Numbered from the stretch's first letter, positions 1 to 10,735 are shown. The stretch: 20,000 bases of DNA from Mitosporidium daphniae (GCF_000760515.2 NW_013546711.1:53424-73423), one strand, 5' to 3'. A program made the numbers and translations. Notes: a model not told the origin generated them from the letters alone.

Positions 1-2981
1 TGGATTTGTACAAATGGTTACAAGCCATAAGGCAAAAGTAGTGGACATCAAAAGCGGCCCGATAAGTCTTTTTGGCAGCATGTTAATTAGTCTGTTGAAG
101 GTGGATGTTTCAAAAAAAAGCAGAACCAGCGATTCATTGGGAAAGTACGAAAATGGATGGCTTTTCCATTTCCAACCAAGCTCTTTGATAAGAATCATGG
201 CACTATGCACCGAAGACATCATCCCAAACAAAGATAATGAGCAAATCAAACCAGAGTAGATACTCGAAGACCTCTTCCTAGTATGGAAATATATGACGCC
301 GAGGAAATAAATAAACAAGTTTGGGTGAAAGGGAAAGACAACGTATAAAAACAACCCGACTCGCAGAACCAACCTGTCGAGCTGGTTGAAAATAGAAAAA
401 AGAACAAAGCTAAATGGACTTTTGGATCCAAGCAAATAGTAAAGCGATTCAAACACCACACAGACCAGTTCCATCGTGATCTCGGTGATCGACAAAAAGG
501 ACACCGTAAAATAAAGAGACATCAGCATCAATAGATACTCCAGACTTGATGGAATAATATTCATTTGAAAATGCAGAAACATCCTAAGAAACATGATGGC
601 CAGGCAATTTACAGCAATGCAAAAGATCATTTTCCTCACCGGAAGCTTGCTATTAGCAGAGGCCTGTAGCGAAACAGCAAAGAGGCAAAATATGACGGGA
701 TAGAAATACATTATCCACGGAAAATACCATTTGAAAGCCAGAGAAATCCCCAAAAGCTTTTCCGGAGTAAACAGGATCGATTCGTGGACTTCGTATCGTG
801 GATCAATTAGCATCTTAATGATTAGGGGATCAAGAGGAGCCCCGGGCTTGGCATCTTGCAATGAAATTAAATGCGAAAAGCGGTAGGTATTTGATCCGCC
901 CCTTGTAACGACCGATTCTGGCTTAATATCTAAATATTTCTTTTCAACTTGCGAATGGAAGAAAGCCTGGATAGCATTGGGTGGTGAATTGGCGATCACA
1001 TCTGATTTGGCTCTAAGAAACACGGTAAGGCGAAGAACTTGATACTTTGGCCTCAAGTTAAGTATTGAGATTTTGATTTGTGACATTGAACAAGATGAGC
1101 TAGCAACGCTTATGGCATCATAATTAAGGAAATATGCAAAAAAATAATCCAAAAGCCCAAACGATAGCTTTACCGAGAGTTTTGCAGCGCTCGGGTCCAC
1201 AGGCAAGGATTTCTTATTGCTAATGATGGAAATATAAGATGACGGCGAAGAGGCCCAAGACAATAAACTTGAAAAGCGGGACTTTTGGTGGTAGTTTAGC
1301 TTGGAAGACAAAAATTGAGTCTCTTCCGAATGGACCATGGAATCTAAATACGAGTTGCTACCTGAAAAATTAACAAATGGAGAAAAAGATTCGAAAACCG
1401 AATGACTCGGGGGCAGAAACATGTAGCTTTGATCCAAGGATGTTGCCCTGAAAGGCAGAATGATTATCATCGCAGGCAAGATAATATCCCTTTTCAATTG
1501 CGAATGGAACGGGATGTTAATGGATGAATATACCGAATTGAGACAAAAAGATTTCGAACCAGCGGGGTAAAAAGACTCTGGAAGATTCATATGTGGGCCC
1601 ATGAGCCCAGATACTGCTCGTAATTTTCCGTTTTCCACCTCAATTGACGTGATATTTTCAATAATGATATGATCTTTAACGGGCTGTAAGCTCGTCGAAA
1701 ATTGGGCTGCACTTGATGAGGCACTTTTTAAGATAAGCGCAAAATGTCGATTGTTTCCGATGAGCCCTGCCAAGTCATTATGGTCCAAATAAATGTCCCC
1801 ATTTGCAGGCAAAAGGATCTCCTGATAATAGATATCATCCCGACCCGATTTGGTGCTTGAATATGATACTTCCCTGGCTGGAATGTTCGAAACATCGGGT
1901 TCGTCGTCGATGATATTGCCACTTTTCCAATATGTTGATAGGTCCGATAATAACGCCTTTGAAGATAGGCTGGGATTTTTTCTGTTTCTCAATTTTTCGT
2001 TTTGAAGGCCAAAAATGAGCCCAATGTGAACAGCCTTTATGAAGGGGAAATTCCAAACCGACATTTGATGTTCCATCGATGCCCAAACCAGCGGCATTTC
2101 GGAGGTCATCACATTCAGAGTAAATTGCAGATCGCTTTCCTCAACGATTGATAGCTCAGAAGGGACAATAATGTCTCTAGTGCCTGGAGAGAACGAAATC
2201 AGCGGAGGAACGACATTCGCGCCAGCATCGCCATTTGGGATGCGAACAATCTTTGAAAGGTGGCTTTGATGTATTTTGGAAAAAAGATCCTCAAACTTGC
2301 GGTCAAGAGCTCCCAAGCAACGTGCGTGCGGAGTATTGAGAGTGATTACCATTTTCACTGCCGACGGTACATCGGCGTGGGCCAAGAGTTGATGATCCAT
2401 ATAAACAGCACCTTTAGCAACTATTCCGCCCATGGAGTGTCCAATAAGAATGATTTCTTGCTTATTTCCAATGGAAGAGTAGAGGCCAGAAAGAAATTTG
2501 ACGATTTCTGTCAAATACTCTACTTGACGCTCGAGAATTTGCCCCGAAAAGGCACTGAGCTCCTCGGCAAAATCAATGCAAAAATAGTCAAACTTTATGT
2601 CGAAACGCGACTTTATCTTTTCAGAGTACGATGCAAAGCTCCTGCATTGCCGTGGATGAAGATCACGGGGATTCCAGAAAACAACCGATTGAACCGCGAA
2701 AAATTATTAAAATTTTTGCCATTTACCTGGTTTAGGTTTTCATTTTGCAAATTGATCTCATTTGTAGCTTCTATGTACAAGAATAGGCGGTACGGAAGAT
2801 TGGGATGGCCGGGGTTATCATTTACAATTTCAACGTATTTTGGCCGCATAAAAGACACATGCTCCCTGGATTCGTCGAATTTGGTTGAAAAATAGAGGAA
2901 AATCAGATAAAAAAGAATGCCACTGATGAAAAACGACGCCACCGCTGGAGAAAGCAGCTTTGCACGCACAGCAAAAGACAT
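1..2981 (-). CDS. BST1: GPI inositol-deacylase (PGAP1/Bst1 family), 3'-truncated by the window edge, with an apparent frameshift at ~2641-2652
   Basis: From ATG 2981 the frame reads an N-terminal TM segment then FMRPKY...YRLFLYIE...GIPVIFIHGNAG. A second frame is open without stops from ~2703 to base 1 (not in the ORF track because it has no stop) and reads RSFAS...FDYFCIDFAEELSAFSGQILERQVEY...IILIGHSMGGIVAK (lipase GxSxG, Ser codon 2436-2434)...VITLNTPH...RDIIVP...VWASMEHQMSVW, ending in a hydrophobic multi-TM region. These motifs match PGAP1/Bst1. Confidence 0.9.
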
Positions 2982-3089
2982 TCCAGACTCGCCAACTTTT
3001 GATGTTTGTTCAAAATGAAATTGATCAATCAAATATGACAAAGTTGCGATAAATCCATTTTATTGATTTTACTCGTTTTATCAAAGCTC

Positions 3090-3786
3090 CTATTTGCTGG
3101 CCAATTGATACCGGCTTGCAATGTCTTTCCAATTTATAATGTTCCATATTGCCTTGAGATAGTCGGGCCTCACATTCTTATATTGCAGGTAATATGCATG
3201 CTCCCACACGTCAATGCCCAACAGCGGCACCAATCCTACTGTCGCGAGGGGATCTTGATTTGGAGTGGTCGTCATAACGAGCTGCTTTCTGTCTTTGCAA
3301 AACCCCTATGCGTTCGAATTAATAAAGCTAGCATACAAGCCATGCCCAGCCGGATCCCTGGACCGCTGCCGCCTTTGCGGATAGCGTTTTTTGCATATTT
3401 TCGAGCGAGCCGAACTGAAGGCCAATGGCCTGGTACAGCGCACTGCCTGGATCAAGCTCTGCGAAATCTTTCGTGGGACACAGGTTTTTCCAAAAAATCG
3501 AATGATTTATGTGGCCACCGCCATTGAATTTGATCATGCTTTGCAGGCCTATCAGAGCGCCAATATCGTTTGTGGACTCTGCCTTTAGCTGCTGTTCCAT
3601 TGCCGTATTGAAGCCATTCACATAGGCTTGGTGATGCTTTGTGTGGTGAAGCCGCATGATATCTGCAAAAATATAAGGCTCCAAGGCATTGTAATCATAG
3701 TCAAGATCGGGCAAAATCGCCTGGTTTTTCGATGACATCAGCGAGAACAATCTCTTGTGTGAACGCAAGATCATACTTGCTTTCAT
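3090..3786 (-). CDS. SOD2: Manganese superoxide dismutase, mitochondrial type (221 aa, 2 exons)
   Basis: Motifs [48 protein letters not shown] and DVWEHAYY. Exons 3786-3337 and 3305-3090 are separated by a 31-nt GTATGC...TAG intron (3306-3336) that joins WAWL to GFCK. The basic/hydroxylated N-terminus [19 protein letters not shown] resembles a presequence. An alternative start is at 3774. Confidence 0.96.
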
Positions 3787-3881
3787 TGAAGTTAAAGTGA
3801 TTAAAAGTCTCGTATGCACCGGCAAAACCTTAAAATTGAAATGGTGGTTTATAAATTTAAAATCAATCGGCAATACTTTGT

Positions 3882-4139
3882 CTACTGGGCGGATCTGGGT
3901 GAGTAATATTGAGAGTAAATTACAGATTGCCTTTTCAAAAGCTCCAAAGAATTCGTGCCCTCCCGAAATAGTCGCTGTGCATCTTCTGGAGAGCAGTTTC
4001 TGCCCTCCGAGAAGGACCGCTTAATTTTCCTGATCGCATACTCGCGTATGTTATATTGTGGAAAGTTTCTGGCTTCTTTTAGCAGCATTTTGTAAAGCTT
4101 CACAGCATTAATTGCCTGAGGATGGGTCGAAAAGTGCAT
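3882..4139 (-). CDS. ISD11: LYR-motif protein Isd11/LYRM4 (Nfs1 partner in Fe-S cluster assembly), 85 aa
   Basis: LYKMLLKEARNFPQYNIREYAIRKIKRSF...LELLKRQSVIYSQY matches the Isd11 pattern LYR...F..YN.R.YA.R.IR..F...L....RQ..I..Y. Confidence 0.9.
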   Translation of the reverse strand: MHFSTHPQAINAVKLYKMLLKEARNFPQYNIREYAIRKIKRSFSEGRNCSPEDAQRLFREGTNSLELLKRQSVIYSQYYSPRSAQ

Positions 4140-4205
4140 CGTTGATTGATTGGTCTGTTGCTGGTAATGTCCAATTAAAATGCCATTTTTTAAAAGTAAA
4201 ATTTA

Positions 4206-6399
4206 TTAGTAGCCATCGGGTGCACCTTGTTTTCTGGGATCCGAGACGGCTTCGATAACTCCATTGACCGGATTCCGGTATACTAGCTGTACCATTGATA
4301 AATATTTAAATGCAGAAAGAATGTTCACAATATGGCCCCTCGATTTCAAATGTTTAACAATGTTGGTATCTGCACCAAATTCCAATTCAACCTATTGGGA
4401 TTAGAAAATCGGGTATAGAACGAACAAAGTCTGGCTTGTATTGATGATACAGCCGAAGGTGGGAAACACTTTCTTCTGCATTCATCTTGTAGTCGAAAAG
4501 ATTGATAACGGTCTAGCAGATTATTTACTTGTTGCATTCTAACCTGTATGGTTGCGGATATGATTCTAGACCCGCCAGCGCCGCCAAGCACTGCCTCCAC
4601 TTTTGACGAATTTCTTCCAAGTATGATCAGTGGGCTGCTAGAAGAAGCAGGCCGTTTTCTAGGCCCTGATATTTAGTGAGAACGATGTTCGCCCTTCTTA
4701 CCAATAAAGTTATGCGGGTTTGGAGGCAGGATGAACGAATTATTAAAAGAACTTAACGAAAAGTCGTCCATTTCATTGTTAAAGAGGATTCCAGTCTCAT
4801 GGTCCAACACTTTGCTTCCAAACTCCAGATTTACCTGGTAAATTAGTGCTATAAACGTGCGATGGGCCTTACCGTGCTTGTACAAGATACCGCCATGCCG
4901 TGTTCATCTAGAACGGACACATGGGTAGTTCCATGATCATCTTTCTCCTCAAACTGCACGTCATAATATTCGGGCGGAAACGTTTGCTCCTAACAATAAA
5001 AATCTACCAATCTTCATGCCTTTGAAATGAGGCTGGATTTCATATCAGCCATGCCTGCGGAGACGATTTTTTTCTCGAATGCTTCGAGAGTCTCCTAATG
5101 CATAAAAAACGGCTTTACGTACTTTGAATGGGGGAACGGGATCACCAAGAAGAGATCTGCTTGCATAGCCATGCTTCAAAGCCTCAACAAGTATATGGAT
5201 GTTTTCCACTGTATTACGGTTCAATTTGAAGCGTTCCAAAATTCCTAGCACTTGAAGCACGATGGAGCCACTGAAATAAACGAATTCCATGCATACCTTG
5301 CAGGAATACCAGCAGTGATCACTTTTCGGTCGCGATAAAAACCTTCCAAGGGCTTCCTGATGACGACGTTATATGATCCTAGGTCCTTCAGGCTAATAAT
5401 TGCCCCCGCTTTTCTTAGGTTTTTTACCATAGTCTTGGCTAGTTGGCCATGGTAAAACACATCTGCTCCCTGTTCAGCGATAAGTTCAAGTGTCGAGGCT
5501 AGATTTCCTCTTTTTAGGATTTCGCCCTCGCTGTAGACGGACCCGTTTCTGGTATATGTTTTTGATAATCCCTCCTCGTTGAGAATAACTGACTCGAATT
5601 TCTTTTAATGAGGGTCAATTGTTCTGATACCTTTAAACGCATTGCCAATTCCGATGGCACTCTAAACCCTTCCCTTGCTAGCTTAATTGAGGGCCAAAAG
5701 AGATCTTTCCACGGTAATTTTCCAAATCTAACATGTTCGGTAAATGCACGCTACACATACCTTTTGTGAGCTTCTGAAAAGCCCTTTATTTCTGCTGGAA
5801 TGGCAATAGATAGAGGGCCTTTAACAATTTGGCTTACATCGTTTTCAAACATTTCTTTATATGCAAGAGAGGGTGCTGTCTCCCGAAAATCGATCACTAT
5901 GCTTGTCCCATTTGGTTCTCTGATGAGGATAAAGCCGCCCCTACATGTTACCACTTTTCAGCCAAAATATACCCTCCAATTCCAGATGAAAAATTATTTA
6001 CGACCCCTATGCATACTAAGGAAGCAATGGCGGCATCCACAGCACTTCCCCCGGCCAATAGGGTGTTTTTTCCAATTGTTGAACACAGACCAACCTCGCT
6101 TGATACGGCAGCTTTGGTGTACACCCCAATGGGCACCGTTTTTGACTGTTTCCCGATGTTTCCAGTCGATGAAGAGGTATTCAATAAACTTGGTGAATAA
6201 TAGAAGGATATGAAAATAACACCGCCTAGGAAATTATAAAAATTTTGGCCATACAAAGAAACAAAATTAGTGCCAAAAATAGGAGGATTTTCCTTTTCCT
6301 GTAAATCCTGCCCCGGCTGCTAGTTTTTGGCACGGTATTTGATCTGTCGCCGCATGGTGCCTGATACGAGTGGATGTTGCTACTTGAGCCTTCTAACAT
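4206..6399 (-). CDS. GGT: Gamma-glutamyltranspeptidase (glutathione hydrolase), type II membrane-anchored, 615 aa, 12 exons
   Basis: Exons 6399-6255, 6225-5973, 5940-5761, 5727-5631, 5601-5297, 5270-5123, 5094-5020, 4989-4873, 4834-4702, 4665-4544, 4512-4426 and 4391-4206 sum to 1848 nt in one open frame. Signal anchor [20 protein letters not shown]. Motifs [44 protein letters not shown] (catalytic Thr), [30 protein letters not shown] and SDPRK...DGY*. Confidence 0.95.
4990..5019 (-). other. Non-canonical GC-AG spliceosomal intron in GGT (30 nt)
   Basis: AAG|GCATGAAGATTGGTAGATTTTTATTGTTAG|GAG. Read-through hits TGA at the second codon, and the only internal GT donors lie after that stop. Removal gives [13 protein letters not shown]. 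Confidence 0.8.
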
Positions 6400-6614
6400 A
6401 AATATTGCTGCTAAAAAGGACGGAACAAATTATGATCAGAATTGATTGATACAATATGAGCCAATCAGATAAATTTCTTCAAAACTCGCATCTGAAACTG
6501 GCCATGTACTCCAATAAACTTGCCATCGATATTGCCCCTGAATGCAAAGAATTAAACATAAACAAAAAACACGCTTATTTTTTATCTGCGAAAAGCATAT
6601 CTCAAAATCACGAT

Positions 6615-6778
6615 ACCTGTTGTGATCCAATGGCGAGACTTGTTGTGATCCAATGGCGAGACTTGTTGTGATCCAATGGCGAGACCTGTTGTGATCCAAT
6701 GGCGAGACCTGTTGTGATCCAATGGCGAGACTTGTTGTGATCCAATGGCGAGACCTGTTGTGATCCAATGGCGAGACC
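6615..6778. repeat. Minisatellite of 7 tandem copies of a 23-bp unit AC(C/T)TGTTGTGATCCAATGGCGAG
   Basis: Units start at 6615, 6638, 6661, 6684, 6707, 6730 and 6753, plus a partial ACC at 6776. They are identical except at position 3 (C,T,T,C,C,T,C). There are no spacers. Confidence 0.98.
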
Positions 6779-6834
6779 ATGTGTTGCATTTAGCCTATGA
6801 AAGCGACCGGCCGGCTATCAATTGTTGTGGATGT

Positions 6835-8379
6835 TTATTTTTTTGCCAAAATGTCCCTTAAAACGTCAAGATCGGAAATGGGCTCCCCAAAGTACCATTT
6901 ATACGGCTCGATCTCAACAACCTCGTTAGAAACGACGGGGGAGAGGTTAGCCTTGTCAAATAATCTCTGGAATTGCTCATAAAGTGCATCCCTACAGCTT
7001 TCTGGAGTACCCTCTTCTTTTTTTCCCGGAACAGAGGCATTCTTGAGAGGAGAAAATTCCTCCTTTCTAGAAACTAGCATCACAGCCAGGTCTTTCGGCG
7101 AGGGGAGCAGATGAAGAATATCAAATATAAATCTTTCTAACTTTAATCCTGAAACGGTGGCATCAGGATAGACTCTAATATGTTTCCTGGCAATGTGCGC
7201 AGGTAGGATTGTCGCTTGGGTGGCTTTAGAGGAGTTATCAAGCCTTGTTGCAGCCATTTCCAAAAAGTCAAGCGAAAAATAGTGGCTTGCAATATTTGCA
7301 AATCTATATACTAACGAGGAGCCGCGCTCCTTTGTAAGCGATGCCAACTTTGGTGAAAGTTCGGAGTATTCCACCATTTGGATTCCAAGGTTCAATGCAG
7401 ATGATGTGGGCGGTGATTCTCGGGCTCCTAGAGCCAACACACCCACCCTTTCAGAGGGATTTATTTTTTCCACAACCTAATTGCGAATAAAAAACTTCAC
7501 CATGTGTACCTTAATTCCACAAGGCGTATTTGCCTGCGCACACACAGATATGAAATACGGATCTGCAACCCGAGTCAATACATTGTCAACACAATACACA
7601 TGAACATGAAGGATCCCAGCATCCCTCCAAGCTTCAAGAATCTTGCTGTGCTTAAGAGCCTGGAATACACCACCATTGCCATCTGGAGAAACAATGATTT
7701 CCTAAAGAAAAAAAACCTTGCATACATCGGAGGATGAATTCCTCAAAATTTCGTTTGGCGCCTCTTCGCGAAAGCAGGGCAATTGCCCTTGTATAAAAAA
7801 CAGCGGAGCTTTATTGCTCGGGTAATGTTTCCTAAAAAAAGCGACCGTTTCCTGATGGGTGGCTGGGCTTGTCATAACGGCCCATTTAATTAACGGTGTG
7901 TCTGCATTTTGAGATTTACATTGAAAAGTTTTTCTAGCCAGCTCTTCCAACCTTTGAATTCGGCCTGCCTGTAAATCAAATAGGTTTTTGTTTGACTTCA
8001 GTCCGATGTCAAAACAGCCCTTTGGATGAGAAGACCCTAATCGCGTTCCTTGGCCGCCGGCAAGCGTTACAACGGCAACTTTTCCTTGAGCGATAAGAGA
8101 TAGCCCATTCTCAAAGTGTCTTTGTCTTTCCGATTCACTCCATTTGAGAGAATCAGTAACGAGCTCTTCTGGAAACGGTTCGACTATTTTCTGTGAAGAC
8201 ATGCTAGCCTCCCTTCGAAGGGCATCTGCCAGCAGTTCTCTTGCAAGCTCGATATGATCCGATGGATTTGACTTGGCTAAAGTCGAGACATTCGTTTTGA
8301 CTTGCTTCATCTTTTCAAGGTTTGTTTTTTGATCATTTTTCACGGGCGTTAAGCAATTCGTTACATACGGCTTTGTCAT
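6835..8379 (-). CDS. UAP1: UDP-N-acetylglucosamine pyrophosphorylase (495 aa, 3 exons)
   Basis: Motifs VAVVTLAGGQGTRLGSSHPKG, FIQGQLPCF, SPDGNGG, HVYCVDN, KVVEK, VEYSE, ANIASHYF, KLERFIFD and EEFSPLKN. Exons 8379-7726, 7701-7510 and 7476-6835, with introns 7702-7725 (24 nt) and 7477-7509 (33 nt). The exact start codon is uncertain. Confidence 0.95.
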
Positions 8380-8626
8380 CCTGATATTAAAAACGGCTTC
8401 GCGAGTATTTATAGCAAAAGGCTACTACACCATTAATTTGTCCTATTTGTCAACAAGATAAAAAAGTATAAGGTAATTGGTCCACATTAGGGTTTAAGAT
8501 CTTGATAAATTTTCGTTATCACCAACAAAATTTTCAATTTGGATGGCAAATTGAATTTAAAAGTTTAAGGCCCGTTAATTTGAACTCGTTGGGATCGTCC
8601 AGTTTGGGGAAAGACATTTCTCTTTG

Positions 8627-10735
8627 ATGCGAAGGCTTATTTTCGGAAGATGCTTTTCCTCGTTGCTATCGGCCAATTTTTTTAATTCTGTAAATCCTGT
8701 TGAAGCCGCATGTGCACTGAAAAATGGGATTGAGGCGCGATTGGCAATTTCCCACTTGCTCTCAATGAACTACGTAAGCACTACGGAAGAAATCCGGCTT
8801 ATTTTAAACCGGCTAACTGCAATCTTTCCCTCTGGACTCATGGTATCGATTTTGCATCGTCTAAGCAGATACATATATTTAAAGGCCTTTTCACCGACAA
8901 AAACATTGGCCGACGAATGCATGGCTTGCCCCAACACTAAATTGGCATTTTTCCTTGCCTATTTGCATTCAAACAATAGCTATGAAAAGCACCTAATTCT
9001 TTATCAAATGCTTGCAGAGCTTGATACGCCAGGGATGAAACACAAGCTAAATCCGTATCTTAAGACATTTCCCGGCGAAATGCTCTTGAATCCAAAAAAA
9101 TACCATTGGCCTCCTTCTTTCTTTTGTAGCTTCTTTTTTTCTTTCTCCAAATACCGGGTTAAAATAGGATCGGAAATACCGACGCTTGCCGATATCATTA
9201 TACGGTCTGAGAGGGCATTTAATATTTCATTGCCTGCTGAATGCTATCGATGGGCCATTGTGCAGTCGTCATCTTCAAGAGACCGCGAGGCGATGATTGG
9301 AGTGTATGCCAGGGCGAAATCTAAATTTCTTTATAGCGATGATCCACACATCAAAGCACTGCTCGAAACAATTACGCGGCATTTTGCTCTCGAAAGGGAC
9401 ATTGGTGTTTTGCAGCTTTTTTATGACGAGGTCAGTGAATGTGGCGTGGACGAACGATCGTCTACTTTTATTTCATCGATGATAATCTCATTGGTTGGCG
9501 TCTTTTGCAGGATGCTTCTTTTCCCCCAGCTGCTTGGGATCTTGTTGTCACTGAAGGCGCACAAGTCTGCTGTATTGAAAGAGGCCCTTTTCGTGGTTGC
9601 CGACAATTTTGGATGTTGGAAGCTGTACCATAGAAATATTGACTTTGTACTTTTCCTGTTATCTTTATGCGGCGATGCATTCAGATCCGATTTTATTATC
9701 AGGCTCCCAATGCGGTCGCTGGTTGGCATTTCCGACTGGAATATAATTCCCTTGCTTCAGGATCTTTATTCCCAAAGCGATGAACTGTTCATTGACAAGA
9801 AATTTGCCAACAACGTGATAGAGGCTGCCTTTTTCAACCCATCAACTGTGCGTAGGCTCTTTCCACGCATCTTTGACATTGGCCTTAGCAAATTGATAAT
9901 AAGGACAAAATTGCTACTTTTGCCTTCATCGTCATCTTCCTCCTCATTTTGTAAATACTACTGGAACTTTATTTATGAAGCAACTAGGAATTCTCTGCTT
10001 TTACCTATCTTTTATTACTATCACTTTTCATGGGGCCATGGGCAAGACGATCTTAGCGTCGGAATGATCCTCTCGCTTTTCAAGTGTGTCCCCCTGCTGG
10101 ATGGCCGTTCTCGGGTAAATGAGGCTCTGTTGCAGCTATTTTTAGGCTTGGGCGAAGACCAGCGTTTGTTCAAATCTCCGTGGACCTCGCCACGGCTGTT
10201 CCCAATTGCCGCATCAGTTCTTATCTTAGATCACAGGTGGAGTCTCTTGGCTGTTTTCTTTGAATCAATTTTATCGATCAGAGCACTAAATTCATCCACC
10301 TTTTCCATAATAGACGTTCATGCTGGGATGAAAAGCTCACACCATCCTAATCCAAAATCGAGCATTTTGACCAATGAGAGCAATCGGTGCATTTGGTCGA
10401 TATTTAGGCTACACGCGGACGATATTTTGTCGACATGCTTCTCATCGCCAATGAAATTGTTGCCCGAATCGATGAGCATTGTGGATGCCCTTTCCAATAG
10501 CCTTGAGGGCACTCCCGAGAAGTACCTTTCCGAAATAAGAATGTGGTGCTCAGAAAGGCACATCTCTCGCATTGGAGAGCTGAGGGCTTATATTAAACAC
10601 AGGGGAGCTCTTCCCACCGGACTTGATGTCATCTCAGAGACATCGATGCTTGCAATCATCCACATTCCCAACCTATTTATTCAAATTAGAGAAATGCTAC
10701 TAGAAATGGTTTTGCAACCAGGCGAAATTCAATAA
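8627..10735 (+). CDS. Hypothetical protein, 702 aa, intronless, with a mitochondrial presequence-like N-terminus
   Basis: A 2.1-kb open frame from ATG 8627 (the track starts at TTG 8624), divergent from UAP1. N-terminus is MRRLIFGRCFSSLLSANFF, and AATAAA overlaps the stop. No family recognised. Confidence 0.8.
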   Translation: MRRLIFGRCFSSLLSANFFNSVNPVEAACALKNGIEARLAISHLLSMNYVSTTEEIRLILNRLTAIFPSGLMVSILHRLSRYIYLKAFSPTKTLADECMACPNTKLAFFLAYLHSNNSYEKHLILYQMLAELDTPGMKHKLNPYLKTFPGEMLLNPKKYHWPPSFFCSFFFSFSKYRVKIGSEIPTLADIIIRSERAFNISLPAECYRWAIVQSSSSRDREAMIGVYARAKSKFLYSDDPHIKALLETITRHFALERDIGVLQLFYDEVSECGVDERSSTFISSMIISLVGVFCRMLLFPQLLGILLSLKAHKSAVLKEALFVVADNFGCWKLYHRNIDFVLFLLSLCGDAFRSDFIIRLPMRSLVGISDWNIIPLLQDLYSQSDELFIDKKFANNVIEAAFFNPSTVRRLFPRIFDIGLSKLIIRTKLLLLPSSSSSSSFCKYYWNFIYEATRNSLLLPIFYYYHFSWGHGQDDLSVGMILSLFKCVPLLDGRSRVNEALLQLFLGLGEDQRLFKSPWTSPRLFPIAASVLILDHRWSLLAVFFESILSIRALNSSTFSIIDVHAGMKSSHHPNPKSSILTNESNRCIWSIFRLHADDILSTCFSSPMKLLPESMSIVDALSNSLEGTPEKYLSEIRMWCSERHISRIGELRAYIKHRGALPTGLDVISETSMLAIIHIPNLFIQIREMLLEMVLQPGEIQ

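Noticed and set aside
2260..2895. 211-aa plus-strand ORF
   Set aside because: It is the antisense shadow of the BST1 catalytic region.
3063..4024. Plus-strand ORFs 3063-3527, 3391-3588 and 3755-4024
   Set aside because: They are antisense to SOD2/ISD11 and have no motifs.
4346..6256. Fragmented GGT ORFs read as a pseudogene or several genes
   Set aside because: Eleven short introns join them into one intact 615-aa frame.
6615..6778. CRISPR array or telomeric repeat
   Set aside because: The units are directly abutting with no spacers, there are no cas genes, and the context is eukaryotic. The array is internal and the unit resembles no telomeric repeat I recognise.
6436..6789. 117-aa minus-strand ORF and 71-aa plus-strand ORF (6456-6671)
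   Set aside because: The minus ORF owes much of its length to a stop-free non-3n repeat. The plus ORF ends inside the repeat. Neither has recognisable homology.
1..8379. BST1 and UAP1 as a GlcNAc/GPI functional cluster
   Set aside because: They are separated by three unrelated genes, and proximity is expected by chance at this gene density.
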